Source: Promethearchaeota archaeon (GTDB lineage Archaea; Asgardarchaeota; Lokiarchaeia; Sigyniarchaeales; SOKP01). Taken from it: a stretch of 10,495 bases of DNA. The stretch covers positions 1-10,495 of the forward strand of contig JABCSY010000125.1 in the NCBI GenBank assembly GCA_018238625.1, written 5' to 3'. The notes under the pieces are model-generated. The model was not told where the DNA came from. It saw only the letters and a list, made by a program, of their open reading frames with translations, and made no database searches. This document shows positions 6,775 to 10,495 of this stretch, piece by piece. The first letter of the stretch is position 1. Every line of letters begins with the position of its first letter. The translations under genes and the position numbers were made by a program.

Positions 6775-6786
6775 CTATTTAAATAG
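6775..6786 (-). promoter_or_regulatory. Palindrome CTATTTAAATAG containing a TATA box; candidate leaderless vapBC promoter overlapping the MFS stop codon
   Basis: TTTAAATA at 6776-6783 on the minus strand ends 22 nt upstream of the vapB ATG. No SD precedes vapB. Confidence 0.5.
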
Positions 6787-8046
6787 ATCTACTTTTTCCT
6801 CGTTATCATAATGGCGGATGTTTGTAAATAAATAAGTTCCTATTGTAATTACTATACCAAAAATCCCACAATATAGGAATAAAATAGTCGCACCAAGAAT
6901 TGTGCTCAATACACCCGTTAAAAGAGCTCCAATTGGCATGATCATCATGGAAAGCGTTTGATCGATAGACATTACTCTTCCGATCTTATCTGGAGGCACA
7001 GATGTTTGTTCAATTGTCTGAAAGATAGTATTAATAATTGGTAAATTAATTCCCATGATGAAAAGTCCAACAATCATCATAATAAAAAAGCTTGTCGGCA
7101 CAAAAGCTAAATAAGCGTAACCAATTAAGAAAATAACAATCCCTACGAAAGTGGTGAGTATTTTGTGGTTCCATTGCTTTTTAATAGTAGTAACAACCGC
7201 TCCTGAAATCATGCCTGCGTTCATGGAAATCGATACAATAGCGTACACTGTTATATCTCCCCCGTGTATAGTGTTAATGTAATATGGTAATAAGACCGCT
7301 AAAGGTTGTATCAAAAAATTAAGAAACATCGCTAAGATTATAATTGTTAGAAGCACGGGCATTTTTATTATCATAGCTGCACCCTCTTTAAAATCTTTGA
7401 AAAATGAGCGTTTCTCTTTAGAAATTGTATCGCTTTCTACTTTTGCTTCTGCTGAAGGGATCTTGATTAGAAGTAGCGGAATAAGTGCTATAAAGAAAGT
7501 TACTATGTCTATCCATAAAATTTGATGGAAAGTGAGAAATAACGAAAGCGTGGCACCTAAAGCGGGACCAATTAGTTGAACAAGACCCGAAAATAGAAAA
7601 TTTAAACCGTTTATCCTACTCAACTTATCTTTTGGAACCATGAGTGGAATGACGGTATAAACGGTCGGTTGATGGAATCCCTGTAAGATGCTGCGAAAGA
7701 TAATGAATAAAAATACAATACCAATATCGGTGAAACCCATAAAGAATAATAAAATTAATAAAAAAGTCGTAAAAGCTTGTAGAGAATCGACTGTGATTAT
7801 TATCTTCTTTCGATTTATCCTGTCTGAAAGCACGCCAGCAATGGGCGTCGCTATTAGCATAGGCAGTAAATATAGGAACGACGCTAAAGCCAAAAACCAA
7901 GCACTACCCGTTTTTTCTTGAATCCACCATGTTATTACAAAATGAACCACCATGGAGCCTAATAACGAGAATAACTGCCCCGACCAAAATATAAGATAGT
8001 TCTTAAATGTTTTTTGATTAGCTATTTCTTCCATCGTATCTCTCAT
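6775..8046 (-). CDS. MFS transporter, MefA-like/DHA3 efflux family (copy 3)
   Basis: FWSGQLFSLLGS, PIAGVLSDRINRKK, PLMVPKDKLSRING, QTSVPPDKIGRVMSI; about 12 hydrophobic segments. Confidence 0.93.
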   Translation of the reverse strand: MRDTMEEIANQKTFKNYLIFWSGQLFSLLGSMVVHFVITWWIQEKTGSAWFLALASFLYLLPMLIATPIAGVLSDRINRKKIIITVDSLQAFTTFLLILLFFMGFTDIGIVFLFIIFRSILQGFHQPTVYTVIPLMVPKDKLSRINGLNFLFSGLVQLIGPALGATLSLFLTFHQILWIDIVTFFIALIPLLLIKIPSAEAKVESDTISKEKRSFFKDFKEGAAMIIKMPVLLTIIILAMFLNFLIQPLAVLLPYYINTIHGGDITVYAIVSISMNAGMISGAVVTTIKKQWNHKILTTFVGIVIFLIGYAYLAFVPTSFFIMMIVGLFIMGINLPIINTIFQTIEQTSVPPDKIGRVMSIDQTLSMMIMPIGALLTGVLSTILGATILFLYCGIFGIVITIGTYLFTNIRHYDNEEKVDLFK

Positions 8047-8072
8047 TTATAGTTTTATTATCTTTTATCCGA

Positions 8073-8080
8073 TATTTAAA
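8073..8080 (-). promoter_or_regulatory. Candidate TATA box (TTTAAATA) for MFS copy 3
   Basis: Ends 26 nt upstream of ATG 8046; no SD. Confidence 0.5.
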
Positions 8081-8311
8081 TAATTTTGAAAAAATCCTAC
8101 ATGGAAAATTTATAGATTTAAACAAGATTGCTCAAATATATAGTTATCAGAATTATTAATATTAAATTTATAGCTTTTTCTAAAGAGAAATGTTTTAAGG
8201 ATAGCTTATGAATGTGTATTCAAATAAATACAAAATAAATGCCATATGATTGTTAAAAACTTTTTTATGTTGTCAATTTTAAATTGATTTGTTTTTCTCA
8301 ATCTTTTCCAA

Positions 8312-9224
8312 TTAGAAAGACGAAATTGCAGTATCTTTAATTCCTACTTTTACCCCGATCTTTCTCACATAATTTATTCGATGTTTTTTTATTATGTCAT
8401 GTAGAATTAATGCCGGAATGGTTGACAATACTAAATAAAAAGGTAATCCAAGCCATAATATCAAACTTGGAAAATTTAACAGGTTTCCTGGAAGCCCAAA
8501 ATTATCAATATAGTGTGTAATGAAATTAGTAATTACAAAGAAATAAGTAATAATAACACCTATTCCTGAATAGCCTTTTAAAATGGTTTGAAACCAGTCT
8601 CCTATCGATTTTATTATCAATTTTTCGTTCGAATTTTCGACAACTATTTTGTTTGTAAAAATTATCCCAGAATCTTTTAAAATCCAAATAGGAGAAAATA
8701 ATAAAGTAGAGACCCCAAATGTAATCATCAATAGGATGGATTCAGCTAAAAGGCGAGTAAAGAGTGGTATTTTTAATATTATGTCAAATTCAGAGATTAC
8801 ATTAGTTTCCAAAACGCTTGCAATTACTTCAGGAGTTAGTAACATAAAAGAAAGATTTATAGCCATTAAAACGGGGTAAAATCCAAAGGATAGTAAATTA
8901 ATTCTTTTAGAATCTGTTTCGTATTGAATACCATAATACTTTTTAGACTTAAAAAATCCTTTGTGCAATACCATAATTAGGGGCGAAATTACTTACCCCC
9001 CTATAATTTGTACCTATTAAGCCCGAGATAGGAATGATTAAAACAAAAACGATAGCAAGTTCAATTAGAGCGTCGTTAAAAGGGATAAAACGAGTTAAAG
9101 CAATGGGTGAACCCTCTGGAAAAAAAAGAAATCGTAAAACAGCGATTAAAGCAAACCAAAATACGATATAGAGGGCGTATAGAATTATAAAATTCTTGTA
9201 TCTTGATAATTTTACATTAGCCAT
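8312..9224 (-). pseudogene. Multi-pass membrane protein of unknown function, split by a frameshift and an in-frame stop
   Basis: ORFs 8949-9254 (likely ATG 9224) and 8312-8974 join as ...SGLIGT / IIGG*VISPLIMVLHK... after removing one A near 9008, with TAA at 8993-8995. Both parts are strongly hydrophobic. Confidence 0.65.
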
Positions 9225-9357
9225 GATATTAAATACAAATTTCAGTTTAAACAATAAGATCTAATTTAATTATTTAATAAAAAGTTCAATATAAAAATAT
9301 ATACACATGAGTTGATATGTTAAGCAATATACGATTTGGATGTTCAAAAAAAAATAA

Positions 9358-9365
9358 TTATATAA
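9358..9365 (+). promoter_or_regulatory. Candidate TATA box (TTATATAA) with A-rich BRE; leaderless start at 9388
   Basis: Ends 22 nt upstream of ATG 9388 and is preceded by an A-run. Confidence 0.5.
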
Positions 9366-9387
9366 TAATCTAATATATTAGTAGTTT

Positions 9388-9744
9388 ATGAGTGAAATTG
9401 TTGATTTCGTCGTAAGGCAATATCACTGTAGAATTTGCGGTATCACTCATGAAATTCAATTGCGCAAAAGTATTTGTGAGAAACACAAGAAATTTCCATT
9501 TTCTCACATTTTTTTACATGGGGAGTTAAAAAATATCCTCACGACCCTCTATTTAGATAAAGATATGCAAATTCGAGGGGTAGACGTTCAACAATTAGGT
9601 GAAGACGATATTTTTTCAAAAGAACAAGTGATCTCAATAACAGGTACGCTAATGGAAGAAGTAGAAAGGCTTAGAATAGAAAATATGAAATTGCAAAAGG
9701 AGCTAGATATTTTTAGAAAAAAAGTTAAACAGAGTTATTTTTAA
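9388..9744 (+). CDS. 118-aa protein: putative Zn-binding (CxxC + His) domain + C-terminal coiled coil
   Basis: YHCRICGITH...FPFSHIFLHG...LYLDKDMQIRG followed by heptads LMEEVERLRIENMKLQKELDIFRKK. Confidence 0.75.
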   Translation: MSEIVDFVVRQYHCRICGITHEIQLRKSICEKHKKFPFSHIFLHGELKNILTTLYLDKDMQIRGVDVQQLGEDDIFSKEQVISITGTLMEEVERLRIENMKLQKELDIFRKKVKQSYF

Positions 9745-9792
9745 TACAATTAGTAGAAATTAAAAAATTAAGAAAAATAAATATTTTTAGGG

Positions 9793-10344
9793 ATGAAAGA
9801 GAAAATGACATACGCTCGTTATAAGATGTGCATTTTTGGCGATGGAGGTGTTGGAAAAACCACCCTAATAAATCGCTACATCTCAGGGAAATATAGTGAA
9901 GATTTTAAAATGACGATTGGGGTTGATTTCTATACAAAAAATATAGAAATTGAAGGAATTAGAGTGAATTTACAGATTTGGGATTTTGCTGGAGAGCACC
10001 AGTTTAAAAACCTTTTACCAAATTATGTTATTGGAGCGTCAGGAGGGATATTTTTATACGACATTTCGCGTTTTTATAGCCTAATTCATCTTGAAGATTG
10101 GTTAAAGGTTTTAAACAAAACTCCAGACCAACGAGAACACCCAATGCCAATTTTATTAGTAGGAAGCAAATCAGACCTCGCTTTAGAAGGTAAACGAACT
10201 GTTGATAAGGAATACGCTTTAAAATATGGTAGAAAATACAATATTTTTGATTTTTTCGAATGTTCTTCTAAAACTGGCGAAAATGTTGACTTAATTTTTG
10301 CTAAAATAGCCAGAAAAATGCTTGAATCAGCAGAGCTTTTATAA
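9793..10344 (+). CDS. Rab-like small GTPase (Ras superfamily, Asgard type)
   Basis: G1 GDGGVGKT, G2/RabF1 TIGVDF, NLQIWDFAGE (G3), GSKSDL (G4), ECSSKTGENV (G5); no C-terminal Cys. Confidence 0.95.
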   Translation: MKEKMTYARYKMCIFGDGGVGKTTLINRYISGKYSEDFKMTIGVDFYTKNIEIEGIRVNLQIWDFAGEHQFKNLLPNYVIGASGGIFLYDISRFYSLIHLEDWLKVLNKTPDQREHPMPILLVGSKSDLALEGKRTVDKEYALKYGRKYNIFDFFECSSKTGENVDLIFAKIARKMLESAELL

Positions 10345-10399
10345 TTACTTTGTTTATTTTCGTTTATTATTAAGTTATAACAGATTAGTAATAAATATC

Positions 10400-10495
10400 T
10401 TAAAATAGGCTTGGATTCGCGATTCCCAAATATTTCTCTACAACCTCTAAAACTTCCTCTTTTGACCCAATGTATCCAATGATTTGATGTCTAGC
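10400..10495 (-). CDS. C-terminal end of a convergent gene entering from outside the window
   Basis: Open frame from the window edge: ARHQIIGYIGSKEEVLEVVEKYLGIANPSLF* (TAA 10400-10402). Too short to assign. Confidence 0.6.
   Translation of the reverse strand, partial: ARHQIIGYIGSKEEVLEVVEKYLGIANPSLF

Noticed and set aside
6533-8879. ORFs 6533-6763, 7625-7900, 7688-7921 and 8649-8879
   Set aside because: Antisense or out-of-frame overlaps of better-supported genes, with no recognisable motifs.
8312-8995. TAA stop-codon reassignment to explain the in-frame stops
   Set aside because: TAA ends several intact genes here (hydrolase, vapC, GTPase, MFS copy 2), and a frameshift accompanies the stop, so decay is the simpler explanation.

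Overview
AT-rich archaeal DNA, most likely an Asgard archaeon of the Lokiarchaeia type. This is inferred from an unprenylated Rab-like GTPase, a PCI-like winged-helix protein and TATA boxes about 22-27 nt upstream of several start codons. Bases 12-321 encode the N-terminus of a Hef/FANCM-type helicase, joined to a truncated opposite-strand MFS gene through a ~26-bp stretch that reads correctly for both, probably an assembly chimera. Most genes lie on the minus strand: three MefA-like MFS exporters, a coiled-coil/RHH/winged-helix protein, a bactofilin-like beta-helical protein, an alpha/beta hydrolase, a VapBC pair and a disrupted membrane-protein gene. The plus strand carries a Cys/His-rich coiled-coil protein and the GTPase. 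The most novel-looking element is a candidate minus-strand operon (2443-4775), partly missed by the ORF track: 11-bp-phased TGTGTAT repeats, a TATA box, two Shine-Dalgarno-led small ORFs (28 and 37 aa) each followed by a U-tract, the bactofilin-like gene and the RHH-containing gene. All family calls come from motif recognition, not database searches.
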